Shown one piece after another: positions 52,096 to 62,582 of a DNA stretch of 64,000 nucleotides. How positions within the stretch are numbered: the first letter of the stretch is position 1; every line of letters starts with the position of its first letter. Origin of the DNA: Terriglobia bacterium (GTDB lineage: Bacteria > Acidobacteriota > Terriglobia > 20CM-2-55-15); assembly GCA_965198225.1 (NCBI GenBank), contig CBDAOY010000009.1:128001-192000 (forward strand). The letters run 5' to 3'. The position numbers and the translations under genes are program-made. The notes under the pieces are model-generated. The model was not told the DNA's origin. It saw only the letters and a program-made list of their open reading frames with translations, and searched no databases.

Positions 52096-53142
52096 GTGAA
52101 CAAGAGCAAGCGAGCCCTCACGTGTAGTTTTCTCCTCCTTGTAATCGCGGCCGCAGAAGGCTGCGCTAGGGGATCAACGCCCGGGGCGACCTCGGCGCAA
52201 GCGGAGCATGGTGAAGCGAAAGCCCGATGGGAGCTGGCATCTATCGTGCCACCGGGCAACTATATTGCCGATCTGACCGACACGTTCGCCGAGCGGGTCG
52301 CGCAGGTAACGGACGGCGACGTGACGATCTCCGTCCACCTCTCAGGCGTCCTGGGTCTGAAGGGACCGGAAATGCTGAATGCGGTACGCGATGGCCTCGT
52401 TCACATGGCCGACATTCAGATGAATCAGCAGGTCGGCGAAGACGCGCTCTTCGGCATCGAATCGACTGCTTGCCTGGCAACAGACTTTGACCAGCTCTGG
52501 GAGTTGCAGAAACTGACACGGCCGGTCTTTGAAGCACTGACTGCCGACTACAACCAGAAGCTCCTTTATGTCTACCCTCTACCCCGACAGGTTCTTTTTG
52601 CAAACAGGGCGACCGATACTTCCCTCAGCCAGTATGCGGGCCTGAGTGTGCGCACGATTGATCGCAACGGAGTCGATTTCTTCCGGCGGCTCGGCGCCGT
52701 GCCGCGGCAGATGCCCTGGCCGGACGTTGTGGCGGCGCTGTCGACTCACGCGCTCGATGCGGTCTCCACATCGCCAACGTCGGCCGTCGACGGAAGCTTC
52801 TGGGAATTCCTCGGACATGCGACGCTTCTACACTGGCAGATGAACTCCTTTATGCTCACGGTCAACCTGGATGCCTGGCATCGAATATCGGATGAGCATC
52901 GAATCGCCATCGAGGCCGTGGCGGGCGACCTGGAGGTTCGGCTCTGGGAGGCCAGTCGCCAGTCTGAGTCGGACACCCTTGCGATCCTACGCCAGAACGG
53001 TATGACCGTCGTCGAACCCGACCGGGCACTGCGCGCAGAGATACAGGCTGTTTGCGAGGACGTCTGGCAGGAGAAGCTCGCCACCGAGGACGCTGTAGCG
53101 GTCGATCTCCTTCGACGATACCGGTCCACGACGGGCCAATGA
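52096..53142 (+). CDS. dctP: TRAP transporter substrate-binding lipoprotein
   Basis: Signal peptide with Cys, LNAVRDG, GLSVRT, MPWPDVVAAL. Confidence 0.88.
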   Translation: MNKSKRALTCSFLLLVIAAAEGCARGSTPGATSAQAEHGEAKARWELASIVPPGNYIADLTDTFAERVAQVTDGDVTISVHLSGVLGLKGPEMLNAVRDGLVHMADIQMNQQVGEDALFGIESTACLATDFDQLWELQKLTRPVFEALTADYNQKLLYVYPLPRQVLFANRATDTSLSQYAGLSVRTIDRNGVDFFRRLGAVPRQMPWPDVVAALSTHALDAVSTSPTSAVDGSFWEFLGHATLLHWQMNSFMLTVNLDAWHRISDEHRIAIEAVAGDLEVRLWEASRQSESDTLAILRQNGMTVVEPDRALRAEIQAVCEDVWQEKLATEDAVAVDLLRRYRSTTGQ

Positions 53143-53696
53143 GGGCCGACATCGCGTTGACCGGGCTGAGGCCAATCGCTGACGGCTTTTGCAGGGTCGT
53201 GGATCATACCTCGCGGCTGGCGGCCGGCGTTGCGGCCTTTTGCCTCGGGCTCATCCCCGCGCTGATCATTTCCGACCTCCTTCTGCGAGTCATGTCCCTC
53301 GGCTCGCTCGAATCTGTCTGGGAATACAGCACCTATCTAATGGCCACTGCCACCTTTCTGGGCAGTGCTCATACCTTGCGCACAGGCGGGCACATCCGAG
53401 TTGGATTGCTGTCGCTGAGGGGACACCCGTCGGCGCAAAAGGCGGCTGAAATCGGCGTCACCCTCGTTGCGCTCCTGATCAGCCTGTTCATCGCCTGGGC
53501 TATGGCGGAACTCGCCTGGCGCTCGGGCATCAGGGGATCCTTATCAGCGACCGCGGCCGCAACACCGCTGGTCGTCCCGCAGGTGTTTTGCGTTCTTGGT
53601 TCCTTTCTACTGTGCCTGCAGTTGATGGCCCGCCTCGCAAACATCGTGCGGGGTCGGCCACTGGAAACCTCGCCCACCGCAGGGACCGCTCAGTGA
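53139..53696 (+). CDS. dctQ: TRAP transporter small permease
   Basis: 4 TM helices, EYSTYLM, GGHIRV. Confidence 0.88.
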   Translation: MRADIALTGLRPIADGFCRVVDHTSRLAAGVAAFCLGLIPALIISDLLLRVMSLGSLESVWEYSTYLMATATFLGSAHTLRTGGHIRVGLLSLRGHPSAQKAAEIGVTLVALLISLFIAWAMAELAWRSGIRGSLSATAAATPLVVPQVFCVLGSFLLCLQLMARLANIVRGRPLETSPTAGTAQ

Positions 53697-54979
53697 ACGG
53701 CGCACTCCTCACAATGACCGGTCTCCTCGCAGCACTTCTAGCCGGACGCTTGTGGGTGGCCCTGGCGCTATTCGGCACCGGCATGACCCTCCTGTTCATG
53801 TTCCGCGAGTTGCCGGTCGATCGTATCCTGGCGCAGAGCTACTGGAACATCACGACATCCCCCGACCTGCTGGCTCTGCCTCTTTTCATCCTGATGGCCG
53901 AAGTCCTCCATAGATCGCGCGTATCGGACGGATTGTTCAAGGGCCTGACGCCCTGGGTGTCAGGTCTTCGAGGCGGCCTTCTCCACGTCAACGTGGTGGG
54001 ATGCACGCTCTTTGCGGCGGTCAGCGGATCATCGGCAGCGACGGTGCTGACGATCGGTCGTGTCACCGTGGATGAGTTGCTCTCGAGGGGCTATGACCGC
54101 CGCCTTGCGCTCGGCTCGCTGGCAGGCGCCGGCACCCTGGGCTTTCTGATCCCACCCAGCCTGATCATGATCATTTACGGCGTTCTTTCGGGAGCATCGA
54201 TAACCAGACTATTCATCGCCGGCATTCTGCCGGGTCTGGTGCTCGCGCTCGGCTACGCCGTCGTGATCATCCTGTCGCCTGGTTCTCTCCGGGGCCCGGA
54301 CGAAAAGCGGCGCCCGAGCTGGCGGGAGCGTGTCGCTGGTCTCGGTGACATCATGCCGACGATGCTGCTCATCCTTGCCGTGATCGGTTCGCTGTATGGC
54401 GGTATTGCCAGCCCGACAGAAGCGGCCGCGGTTGGCGTGCTTGGGGCCGCCCTCACAAGCGCTTTTCAGGGAAGCCTGACGAGGGAGAACGTGACGCTCG
54501 CCTTGACCGGCGCCGTGCGAACGATGTGCATGGGCATTTTCATCGTCGCTGGCGGGTTCTTCTTCTCGGTCGTCCTTGCCTATCTGCAGATACCGCAATC
54601 GCTGCTGGCGAGTGTTGCCGCATGGAATCTGGCCCCGTTACAGCTGATTCTGCTGTTGATGCTTTTCTACCTGGCACTCGGGCTGATCCTTGACGGTACA
54701 TCCACCATCATCATGACGCTGCCCGTCGTGTTGCCTCTCGTCACCGGCGCCGGTTTCGATCTGATCTGGTTCGGGGTCTTTCTGATCCTGGTTGTCGAGA
54801 TGGCACAGATCACGCCGCCGGTCGGATTCAACCTGTTCGTTATCCGGTCCCTGACCGATGAACCCGTCGGCAGGATCGCGCGTTACGCCTTTCCCTTTTT
54901 CCTCGTGACGCTGGCGATGACGCTGCTCATCATCTTCTTTCCGGGGTTAGTGACATTTCTTCCCAACAGGATGTCCTAG
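53693..54979 (+). CDS. dctM: TRAP transporter large permease
   Basis: ALPLFILM, SGSSAAT, GTLGFLIPPS, SPTEAAA, ITPPVGFNLFV. Confidence 0.92.
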   Translation: MNGALLTMTGLLAALLAGRLWVALALFGTGMTLLFMFRELPVDRILAQSYWNITTSPDLLALPLFILMAEVLHRSRVSDGLFKGLTPWVSGLRGGLLHVNVVGCTLFAAVSGSSAATVLTIGRVTVDELLSRGYDRRLALGSLAGAGTLGFLIPPSLIMIIYGVLSGASITRLFIAGILPGLVLALGYAVVIILSPGSLRGPDEKRRPSWRERVAGLGDIMPTMLLILAVIGSLYGGIASPTEAAAVGVLGAALTSAFQGSLTRENVTLALTGAVRTMCMGIFIVAGGFFFSVVLAYLQIPQSLLASVAAWNLAPLQLILLLMLFYLALGLILDGTSTIIMTLPVVLPLVTGAGFDLIWFGVFLILVVEMAQITPPVGFNLFVIRSLTDEPVGRIARYAFPFFLVTLAMTLLIIFFPGLVTFLPNRMS

Positions 54980-55018
54980 CTAGCAGCCCGCGCGTGAGAG
55001 GGCGGGACTTCCGGTCCA

Positions 55019-55209
55019 GGTGTAGGTGCGGTCTGTGACCGCACAAATGCCCCCGGAACCATGAGTTGTGCGCTCATAGAGCGCACCTACACCCGCGCGA
55101 AGATGTGTAGTCGGCAGGCAGAGACGCGATGTCAGACCGGTGTAGGTGCGGTCTATGACCGCACACTCTGCAGACCGAAACAATGTGCGCTGATAGAGCG
55201 CACCTACAC
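55019..55209. repeat. Two tandem GTAG-type REP doublets (REPIN-like)
   Basis: GTAGGTGCGGTCT(G/A)TGACCGCAC paired with inverted GTGCGCT(C/G)ATAGAGCGCACCTAC at 55019-55093 and 55139-55209, between convergent genes. Confidence 0.85.
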
Positions 55210-55210
55210 G

Positions 55211-56488
55211 TTAGGAGCAAATGCGATAGGCAGCCAAGGCGATGGCTTTGGCGGCGGTGACAATATCGGAAAGCAAGACCCGTTCGTCGGGTGCCGGCCA
55301 TTCATCGTAAATACGGATGTCGCCCGGACCGTACTGCAAAGACGGAATGCCCGCAGCGTCCAGAAGATTGCCGTCGCCCACGTTGCCGAGCCGAAGTCCC
55401 CCGCCCAGATGCGGCGCGTCGCCGGACGCAACGCGGTGCCCTTCGGCCAGAGCTGTCACGAGCGGATTGTCCTTTTCGATATACATCGGATCCATGCCCG
55501 CTGCCTCGGGACCATCGGCCGGGATGAAGATCCTGGCATCGAAGGCCGGGAAGTCGGTCTTGATCTCCTCCAGCAGCCGCTCGACATCCCGGCGCACGCT
55601 GTCTTCGGTCTGGCCGGGAACCGTTCGGATCTGAAACGTCATGTCGCACTCCCGGATCGGGGCGTCGCTGACTCTCCGGTAGAGATAGTGTTCCCGGTGG
55701 ACGGTGTCGATGGAAATCTGTGGAAAGCCGGGCAAATCGTCATGGGGCTCGAAAGTAAGCCAGCCGCCAGGCACCAGCGCATTAAAACTGCCGCCCAACC
55801 GCCGAATGATCTCGACCTGTTGTTCGATCGGATTGAAGTAGGCGGCTCGTGCTTCCTCATTGTGTCGGAAGAAGAGTTCCGGCGACTGCGTCCTGACGCG
55901 GATGAAAACGATGCCGACGCAGGTGGTCGCGATGGTGTTGGCCGAGTGTTCCATATTGATGCAACAATCGGCCCGCACGCCATGTTCTATGAGCGCCCTT
56001 GTCCCTGCTCCCAGGAGTTTGTGCCCGGCAACCGGGCAGACCAGGATGTCGCCTTCGAGGCGGACGCCGCTTCGAACAATCGCTTCAACTGCCGCCAGCG
56101 CGGCCGCCAGCCCGCCTTTGTCGTCATGGGCTCCAATTCCCCAAACCCAGCCCTCCTCGTAAATCCCGGCGTAAGGATCCACAGTCCAGCCGCTCATTTC
56201 AACACCGGGATCCATATGGCCGTTCAGCATCAAAACCCTGCCGCCGCCGGTGCCTTTGAGCCGACCTACAGGTTGTCGGGTGCTGCCTTTGTCGGCATCC
56301 CAGGGATGCGGCACGGCCATCATTTCGACTGAAAGCCCCATGTCCGACATCTGCTCGGCTAGATAATCGGCAAGCCTCTGCTCCTCGAAACTCGAGCTCG
56401 GAATCCGGATCATGGCCTGTTCGAGAGCCAGGACGCGATCTTCCTGGATCAAACCGACTACGTCAGAATTAGTTTCGCTATTTGACAT
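55211..56488 (-). CDS. M20 family metallopeptidase/deacylase (ArgE/DapE-like), atypical active site
   Basis: LNGHMD, GAHDDKGG, YGPG; usual EE position reads HK. Confidence 0.8.
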   Translation of the reverse strand: MSNSETNSDVVGLIQEDRVLALEQAMIRIPSSSFEEQRLADYLAEQMSDMGLSVEMMAVPHPWDADKGSTRQPVGRLKGTGGGRVLMLNGHMDPGVEMSGWTVDPYAGIYEEGWVWGIGAHDDKGGLAAALAAVEAIVRSGVRLEGDILVCPVAGHKLLGAGTRALIEHGVRADCCINMEHSANTIATTCVGIVFIRVRTQSPELFFRHNEEARAAYFNPIEQQVEIIRRLGGSFNALVPGGWLTFEPHDDLPGFPQISIDTVHREHYLYRRVSDAPIRECDMTFQIRTVPGQTEDSVRRDVERLLEEIKTDFPAFDARIFIPADGPEAAGMDPMYIEKDNPLVTALAEGHRVASGDAPHLGGGLRLGNVGDGNLLDAAGIPSLQYGPGDIRIYDEWPAPDERVLLSDIVTAAKAIALAAYRICS

Positions 56489-56592
56489 GGCGCGACTGAG
56501 GCTGCCTTTTTCTCATCAGGCAGCGAAGGTCCCTCCCCTGATAGGATCGGCACTCTTGTCATAAATTGTGCATCACGGACGCGTCTTGCAAG

Positions 56593-58815
56593 CTAGAACC
56601 GGCGTGTGAAGGCAAGCTTGCTGGAAACCTGGCGGTTGAGTGTCTGGATTCCGTCCGGCCTGAGTAGGTCGTCGATCCAATTCTGGTTGAGCACCAGGAA
56701 GATGTCGTTGCCGGGTTTCAGGATCCAGCGGAAACGCGCCTGCCAGCCGAGGATCCGGCTGACGGTGTCGTACTGGAAACGGTTGGCCAAAGAGACCCAG
56801 GGTCCGAACTGCGTGTTGAGCTCCGATCGCAAAAGGCTCGTCGAAAAGCCGCCTTCAGCGAGTTCCACCCGGTTGAACTCGCCGCTCACGCTGGCGAAGA
56901 AGCCGGGACGGGGACGGATCCTGAGTTCGAGAGAAAACTCCCGGCGCGTTCCGGAGAAAAAGTTTCCCCACTCCAGTTCGGCAGAAGCCGCGAGCTTTCG
57001 ACGGTCGGCGGTGTTGATCTCGACGCTGTACCTGGTGAAGTCGTACTCGGTGCCCTCGGGCAGAACGATGCCCGGGTTGATTTCAAAATCCTTTTCAAGC
57101 CGCTCGAAGCTGGGTACGGCCTTGAACAGAAAAGTATCCTGTGAATGCAGCTCCATCTCGAACACGGTCACGTCAAAAATGCGCGTGATCAGATTGTTTT
57201 TGGTGTCCATCCAGAACTGGGCGTCGGAACCGAACCGGAACCGCCGGATCCAGGGATGGTCGGCCGGACGGGGCGCGAAGAACAGCTCCGGATTCACCCG
57301 CCGGAAACCGCGACGCGGCGTGAATCCCACGGCCGGATTGAAATTCTCTTGAAGCTCGCGGACCGACAGGTTCGACTGCCAGGTGTCGTTCGGGTAGTGA
57401 AGCCGGAAACCGCGCGCCGCGCCACGACCACGTCGCTCGGGCGTGTTATTCCAAAAGTAGAATCCGGTGAAAGACAGGTTGCGGTCGCCGCGGAAGCGGC
57501 TGGTCGAGAGCTGAATCTCCGCGCCCGCCGTCTGCAGAACGGCGGCGCCCGTCCCTTGCGCGCCGCGTCGCGTATAGATCGTCGCCACGTGAGACTCCGA
57601 GAGAAAGCGGCGTTTCAAGCGAACCACTGAAAAGTCTTCACCTGGAATGTTGCCGGAATCGGCGGTTCGGACCTGCAACACACCGATGTCGTGGGCGCCA
57701 GCCTGACCCGTGAGCTTCACTCCGTAGACGATCCGCTGCGGGTTACCTTCGGCGTCAAGGCCGATTCGGCGGCTGAAGAACGGGGTGACGCCGGCCGTCG
57801 AAAGATCGAAGAAGTTCGACCCGTCCAGGAAAAAGTCACGCTTTTCGGGAAAGCGGAGCGGAAACCGCGTCAGGTTGACCTGGCGATCGTCGACTTCGGT
57901 CTCTGCGAAATCAGTGTTCAGTGTGAAGTTTGCCCGAAGCTCAGGCGTCACGCTGTAGAAGAGATCGAAACCCGCGTCACCCCGGTAGGTCCGGTCAGCG
58001 TCCGAGATCGGTCTGTCTGTAATCTTGCCCGCCAGGTAGGGCTTCACGTCCAGTCCCAACCCCTGGTCGATTTCATCCAGCCCGACCACGAGCCCCGCGG
58101 TGCTCATCTGCATCAAGCCCTGGTTCCGTGAGTACCCGTTCCAGCGGCTTTCTTCATTCTTCCGCCGCACGGTCCGCTGGAAGTTCACGCCCCAGGCGGG
58201 GGCGTTCGGATCGAAGTTCACCGTGGCGAACGGGATCTCGATCTCGGCCTGCCACCCGATGTCGGTGCGTCGGACCCTGGCGGTCCAGATGCCGTCCCAC
58301 GCCTTGTTGGCTCGGAAACCTCCCCCGGCGGATGGGTTGATCAGACCGTCTCCCATTGCTCCCGATGGATTGATCTCGAAGTAATATCCAGTTCGCTCGT
58401 CGAGGAACGGATCCAAAGCCCACATGAATCGATCGTCTGCTTCAAAAGGCTGGTCACGCTGCATCTGATTGCCCAGGAGGGCTTCCGCATCCGAGTCGAG
58501 ACAAAGGATTCCCAGATACAAACTCGTTCTGCCGTATACAACGCGTACTTCTGTCGCTTCGGTCGCCGGCTTGCCGTTGTCGGGATCCTGCTGCAGGAAG
58601 TCCCGCGCCGGCATGGCCCGCTCCCAGACGGCTTCGTCCAGCCGGCCGTCCAGGTCGATGGATTCGCTCGCTTCCATGGGAATCGCTTCAACGACTCGGC
58701 GGTCTTCGTACCCGCGCAGCAGGTCGACCTGGCCGTGCGCTGTTAAGGCCAGCGCCGAACCAAGAAGAAGGAGAACCGCTCCGAGGAAGCGGGCTTCGCG
58801 TGGGGTCCCGTCCAT
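56593..58815 (-). CDS. CBM9-like + DUF5916 outer-membrane beta-barrel protein
   Basis: LDGRLDEAVW, AEIEIPF, NTDFAETEVD, FPEKRDFFLDG, FFSRRIG, C-terminal F. Confidence 0.8.
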   Translation of the reverse strand: MDGTPREARFLGAVLLLLGSALALTAHGQVDLLRGYEDRRVVEAIPMEASESIDLDGRLDEAVWERAMPARDFLQQDPDNGKPATEATEVRVVYGRTSLYLGILCLDSDAEALLGNQMQRDQPFEADDRFMWALDPFLDERTGYYFEINPSGAMGDGLINPSAGGGFRANKAWDGIWTARVRRTDIGWQAEIEIPFATVNFDPNAPAWGVNFQRTVRRKNEESRWNGYSRNQGLMQMSTAGLVVGLDEIDQGLGLDVKPYLAGKITDRPISDADRTYRGDAGFDLFYSVTPELRANFTLNTDFAETEVDDRQVNLTRFPLRFPEKRDFFLDGSNFFDLSTAGVTPFFSRRIGLDAEGNPQRIVYGVKLTGQAGAHDIGVLQVRTADSGNIPGEDFSVVRLKRRFLSESHVATIYTRRGAQGTGAAVLQTAGAEIQLSTSRFRGDRNLSFTGFYFWNNTPERRGRGAARGFRLHYPNDTWQSNLSVRELQENFNPAVGFTPRRGFRRVNPELFFAPRPADHPWIRRFRFGSDAQFWMDTKNNLITRIFDVTVFEMELHSQDTFLFKAVPSFERLEKDFEINPGIVLPEGTEYDFTRYSVEINTADRRKLAASAELEWGNFFSGTRREFSLELRIRPRPGFFASVSGEFNRVELAEGGFSTSLLRSELNTQFGPWVSLANRFQYDTVSRILGWQARFRWILKPGNDIFLVLNQNWIDDLLRPDGIQTLNRQVSSKLAFTRRF

Positions 58816-59169
58816 GGCGCACGATTATAGACCTATAACAGCATGTGAAGATTGTGGCAAACGCATCGATCCCACCCCCCGCAGATGCACTGATTGCAGG
58901 TTTGCGCCAGGCGACAGTTTGATTGCTTCAAACTCCGTTCGGATGTTGAATAGGGGGCTACTGAAAAATCACAATCTCTCAGCGTCCTGTTCTCGTTCGG
59001 TCCTCGCCCTGATATCGGCCGAACAGTGGGGGTCCCCATGGGCTGGCAGTCAACATTCGACTTTCACGGTCTAATCCACAACGTCGTGGCTCGAGCCACT
59101 CACACATACGGTAGTTTCCGCCGGAAGGGCTTACCCGGGTTCTCCGGTCGATCCAAGGAGTCCAACACC

Positions 59170-62100
59170 ATGCGTAGAACCTTCCAGCGGTGGTTTGTCG
59201 CCGCGATTCCCGTCGGCGCCACTTTGCTCCTTCATGCTGGCATGCTCTCCGCCCGGCAGTCCGCGGACTGGGACGTTACACTCCCAAGGGGCGAGACACG
59301 GGAGATCGACTTCACAACGACCGAAGGCACCTGGACGTCGGTCGACGTTTCCCCGGATGGATCGTGGATCGTCTTCGACCTGCTCGGCCACGTCTACCGC
59401 ATGGACGCGCAAGGCGGGACCGCCGAGCCACTCACCGGGAACAGCGGCATCGCTCTGAACTACCAGCCCCGAATCTCGCCAGACGGCCGGACCGTCGCCT
59501 TCATATCGGACCGGGGTGGCCAGGACAACCTGTGGATCATGAACGCAGATGGTTCGGAGCCCCGACCCGTGTTCCACGACCTGAACTCCCGGGCTTTGAC
59601 CCCGGCCTGGACGCCGGATGGCGAGTACATCGTCGTCCGACGCGACGTCATCGCCCGTGGCGGTGTCGGCGAAGACGGCCTCGGGATCTGGATGCACCAC
59701 CGGGACGGCGGCGACGGCGTACGGCTGGTGGAGGATGGCGCCGCACACTGGCCGTCCGTCTCGCCTGACGGCGCTTACGTGTACTACCACGCCATCGAGG
59801 GCGGCCGAGACCGTGACGCCCTCCGCGGTGACTACCAGCTTCGCCGCGTGGACATCAGGAGCGGACACATCATCGATATCACCAGCGGGACCGCGCACAG
59901 CACGGCCTCCGGACGCCGGTCGAGCGGCGGCGCGTTCGCGCCCGAGATCTCTCCCGATGGACGCTGGCTCGCCTTTGGACGTCACATACCCGACGGCACC
60001 GTTTCGTTCAAGGGCCACCGCTTCGGGCCGCGCACCGCGCTGTGGTTGCTCGATCTCGAGACGGGAGTGGAGCGGATCGCTCTGGACCCGATCAATATCG
60101 CCATCGAGAGCGGTGACAAGAACATGCGCGTTCTGCCGGGCTATGCGTGGTCCCGGGACGGGCGCTCGATTCTCATCTCCGGAGGTGGCGGCATCGGTCG
60201 TCTCGATGTCGCCTCCGGCGGCGTGACCTCAATCCCTTTCGAGGCAAGGGTGCAGCGGACCATCTCGGAACGGGTTCATCATCCGTTCCGGATCGACGAC
60301 GGCCCGTTCGAAGCAAAGTTCCTGCGCTGGCATACCGGCTCGCCTGACGGCGAGACGCTGGCTTTCCAGGGTGTCGGTCGGGTCTGGCTCTCCGATCTGC
60401 CGGGGGGTACGCCCCGTCGTCTGACGCCGGAGTCATTTGAACCCGTACAGGAGTTTGGTCCGGCGTGGTCCCCCGACGGACAGTGGATCGCGTTCACGAC
60501 CCTGGACAATAGCGGTGGCGGGCACCTCTGGAAGGCGCCGGCCCGCGGCGGTACCCCCATCCGCCTTACGACAGAACCCGGGGAATACGTGCATCCCGCC
60601 TGGAGCGCCGACGGTCGTGAGCTCACCGTTGCCCGGGGTTCGGGCGCCACGTTCAGAGGACGCACCGTCACCCACAACCCGTGGTGGGATGTCGTCCGGG
60701 TCCCTGCTGACGGCGGCGACCCGACCCATGTCGTCCGGGTGGCACTTCCGACAGGCAGCGGTCCGGAGAGGGTCCAGCGCCGGGCGATAGTCGCTCCTTC
60801 CTGGGGACCTGAAGATCGAATCTTCTTCCCGGAAATCATCGACGGCGGGACCGCCGTCGTTTCGATGCGGCCCGACGGCGAGGATCGCCGGACCCACCTG
60901 ATCCTTCCGTCCGCCGACGAGGTCGCCGCCTCGCCCGACGGACGCTGGATCGCTTTCCAGGAAGCCAACGACGTGTACGTCGTGCCGATGCCCCGGACGA
61001 CAGGCGGCGACGCGCCTCTCAGGCTCGACCGCCGGAGCGGCGGACTGCCGGTTCGCCAGCTCAGCCGCACCGGGGGCCTGTTCGTTCGCTGGCGCGACTC
61101 AAACTCGGTGGAGTTCGGCAGCGGGAGCCGGTACTACCGTCACGACCTGACTACCGAGCAGACCGAGACGTTCGACGTAGATCTGGTCGTGCCTCGCCGC
61201 ACCGTCGAGAGCACGGTGGCCCTCACCAATGCGCGGATCGTCACCTTCGCCGGCGCGGGCAACGACGAGGTGATCGAGAGCGGGACCATAGTGATAACCG
61301 GGTCGCGCATCGCCTGTGTCGGCAGCTGCGACACCAGCGCGGCCGATCGGGTGATCGATGCTTCGGGCCGCACGATCATCCCCGGGTTCATCGACATGCA
61401 CTCGCACCACCACCGCGAGCATCGCGGCTACCGGCCCCTGCGGGACTACGAGGTCGGCATCTACGTTGCCTACGGGGTGACGACCAGCCTGGACAATTCG
61501 ATGTGGGCGCAGAACATCTTCCCGAGTGCAGAGCTGATCGAAAGCGGCCGCATGATCGGTCCCCGCACCTTCAGCACGGGCGACCCGCTTCCGTTCGGCG
61601 AGCTGGCCAGCCGGGAGGCGACGGCCAACCACATCGACCGGCTCCAGTCCTGGGGCGCCGTTTCGCTGAAGCAGCACTCGCACCCCCGGCGTGACCGGCG
61701 GCAGTGGATTGCCGACGTCGCACGCGAGAAGGGGATCATGTTGACAGCCGAGGGCTACGATCTCGAATACAACCTCGGGCAGGCCATGGACGGCTACTCC
61801 GGGTGGGAGCATCCCCTCAGCGTCATTCCGATCTACTCCGACGTTGCGAAGTTCTTCGGACAGGCAAAGACCGTCTATTCGAACCCCTTCATGTTCGATA
61901 GCCCTACGGCGGCCAACATCGAGTACTGGTACGCTGAATCCGACGTCTGGAAACAGGAGAAGCAGCGCCGCTGGATGCCCTGGCGGATGACCACGTTCTT
62001 GCGCCGGCGCATGCTGCGGCCGGAAACGGATTACAGCTTCCCGCTGATCGCACAGGGGCTCGCCGATATCCTCGCCGAGGGCGGGCGCGGCGCCCTGGGC

Positions 62101-62466
62101 GGGCACGGCGAACACCACGGCACCAGCATCCACTGGGAGATCTGGATGGCTTCGTCCGCGCTGGGCCCGATGGGTGCCCTGCGGACCGCGACGCTCGGCA
62201 GCGCTTCCTTCCTGGGAGCGGACAAGGACCTCGGGACACTGGAAGTCGGCAAGCTCGCCGACCTGGTCGTACTCAACCAGAACCCGCTGGAGAACATCCG
62301 CAACACGACGGACATTCAATACGTGATGAAAGGGGGAGTTCTATACGAGGCCGATACGCTGGACGAGATCTGGCCCGAACAGCGCCCTTTCGGACCCTAT
62401 TACTGGGTCGACGAAGACGCCACGCGGACCGACGACCGGCCCGTCGGCTCCTGGCCGCCGCGCTAG
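59170..62466 (+). CDS. Secreted TolB/PD40 beta-propeller + amidohydrolase
   Basis: Many SPDG repeats, PGFIDMHSH, GKLADLVVL..NPL. Confidence 0.88.
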   Translation: MRRTFQRWFVAAIPVGATLLLHAGMLSARQSADWDVTLPRGETREIDFTTTEGTWTSVDVSPDGSWIVFDLLGHVYRMDAQGGTAEPLTGNSGIALNYQPRISPDGRTVAFISDRGGQDNLWIMNADGSEPRPVFHDLNSRALTPAWTPDGEYIVVRRDVIARGGVGEDGLGIWMHHRDGGDGVRLVEDGAAHWPSVSPDGAYVYYHAIEGGRDRDALRGDYQLRRVDIRSGHIIDITSGTAHSTASGRRSSGGAFAPEISPDGRWLAFGRHIPDGTVSFKGHRFGPRTALWLLDLETGVERIALDPINIAIESGDKNMRVLPGYAWSRDGRSILISGGGGIGRLDVASGGVTSIPFEARVQRTISERVHHPFRIDDGPFEAKFLRWHTGSPDGETLAFQGVGRVWLSDLPGGTPRRLTPESFEPVQEFGPAWSPDGQWIAFTTLDNSGGGHLWKAPARGGTPIRLTTEPGEYVHPAWSADGRELTVARGSGATFRGRTVTHNPWWDVVRVPADGGDPTHVVRVALPTGSGPERVQRRAIVAPSWGPEDRIFFPEIIDGGTAVVSMRPDGEDRRTHLILPSADEVAASPDGRWIAFQEANDVYVVPMPRTTGGDAPLRLDRRSGGLPVRQLSRTGGLFVRWRDSNSVEFGSGSRYYRHDLTTEQTETFDVDLVVPRRTVESTVALTNARIVTFAGAGNDEVIESGTIVITGSRIACVGSCDTSAADRVIDASGRTIIPGFIDMHSHHHREHRGYRPLRDYEVGIYVAYGVTTSLDNSMWAQNIFPSAELIESGRMIGPRTFSTGDPLPFGELASREATANHIDRLQSWGAVSLKQHSHPRRDRRQWIADVAREKGIMLTAEGYDLEYNLGQAMDGYSGWEHPLSVIPIYSDVAKFFGQAKTVYSNPFMFDSPTAANIEYWYAESDVWKQEKQRRWMPWRMTTFLRRRMLRPETDYSFPLIAQGLADILAEGGRGALGGHGEHHGTSIHWEIWMASSALGPMGALRTATLGSASFLGADKDLGTLEVGKLADLVVLNQNPLENIRNTTDIQYVMKGGVLYEADTLDEIWPEQRPFGPYYWVDEDATRTDDRPVGSWPPR

Positions 62467-62487
62467 AGAAGCGAAACTTCAGGAGCG

Positions 62488-62559
62488 GGTGTAGGTGCGC
62501 TCTATGAGCGCACAGCGTTTCGGTTCGGAGAATGTGCGGTCATAGACCGCACCTACACC
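62488..62559. repeat. GTAG-type REP doublet
   Basis: GTAGGTGCGCTCTATGAGCGCAC ... GTGCGGTCATAGACCGCACCTAC between convergent genes. Confidence 0.85.
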
Positions 62560-62582
62560 TCACTTACCCTACACCGACAATC

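Noticed and set aside
55019-55209. Repeats with spacers as a possible CRISPR array
   Set aside because: Units alternate in orientation, carry the GTAG REP foot, and no cas genes are present
58816-59169. Riboswitch or ncRNA in long spacers (also 42446-42861 and 51775-52095)
   Set aside because: No recognisable conserved motif; these are divergent promoter regions, and an Rfam search would be needed to exclude one
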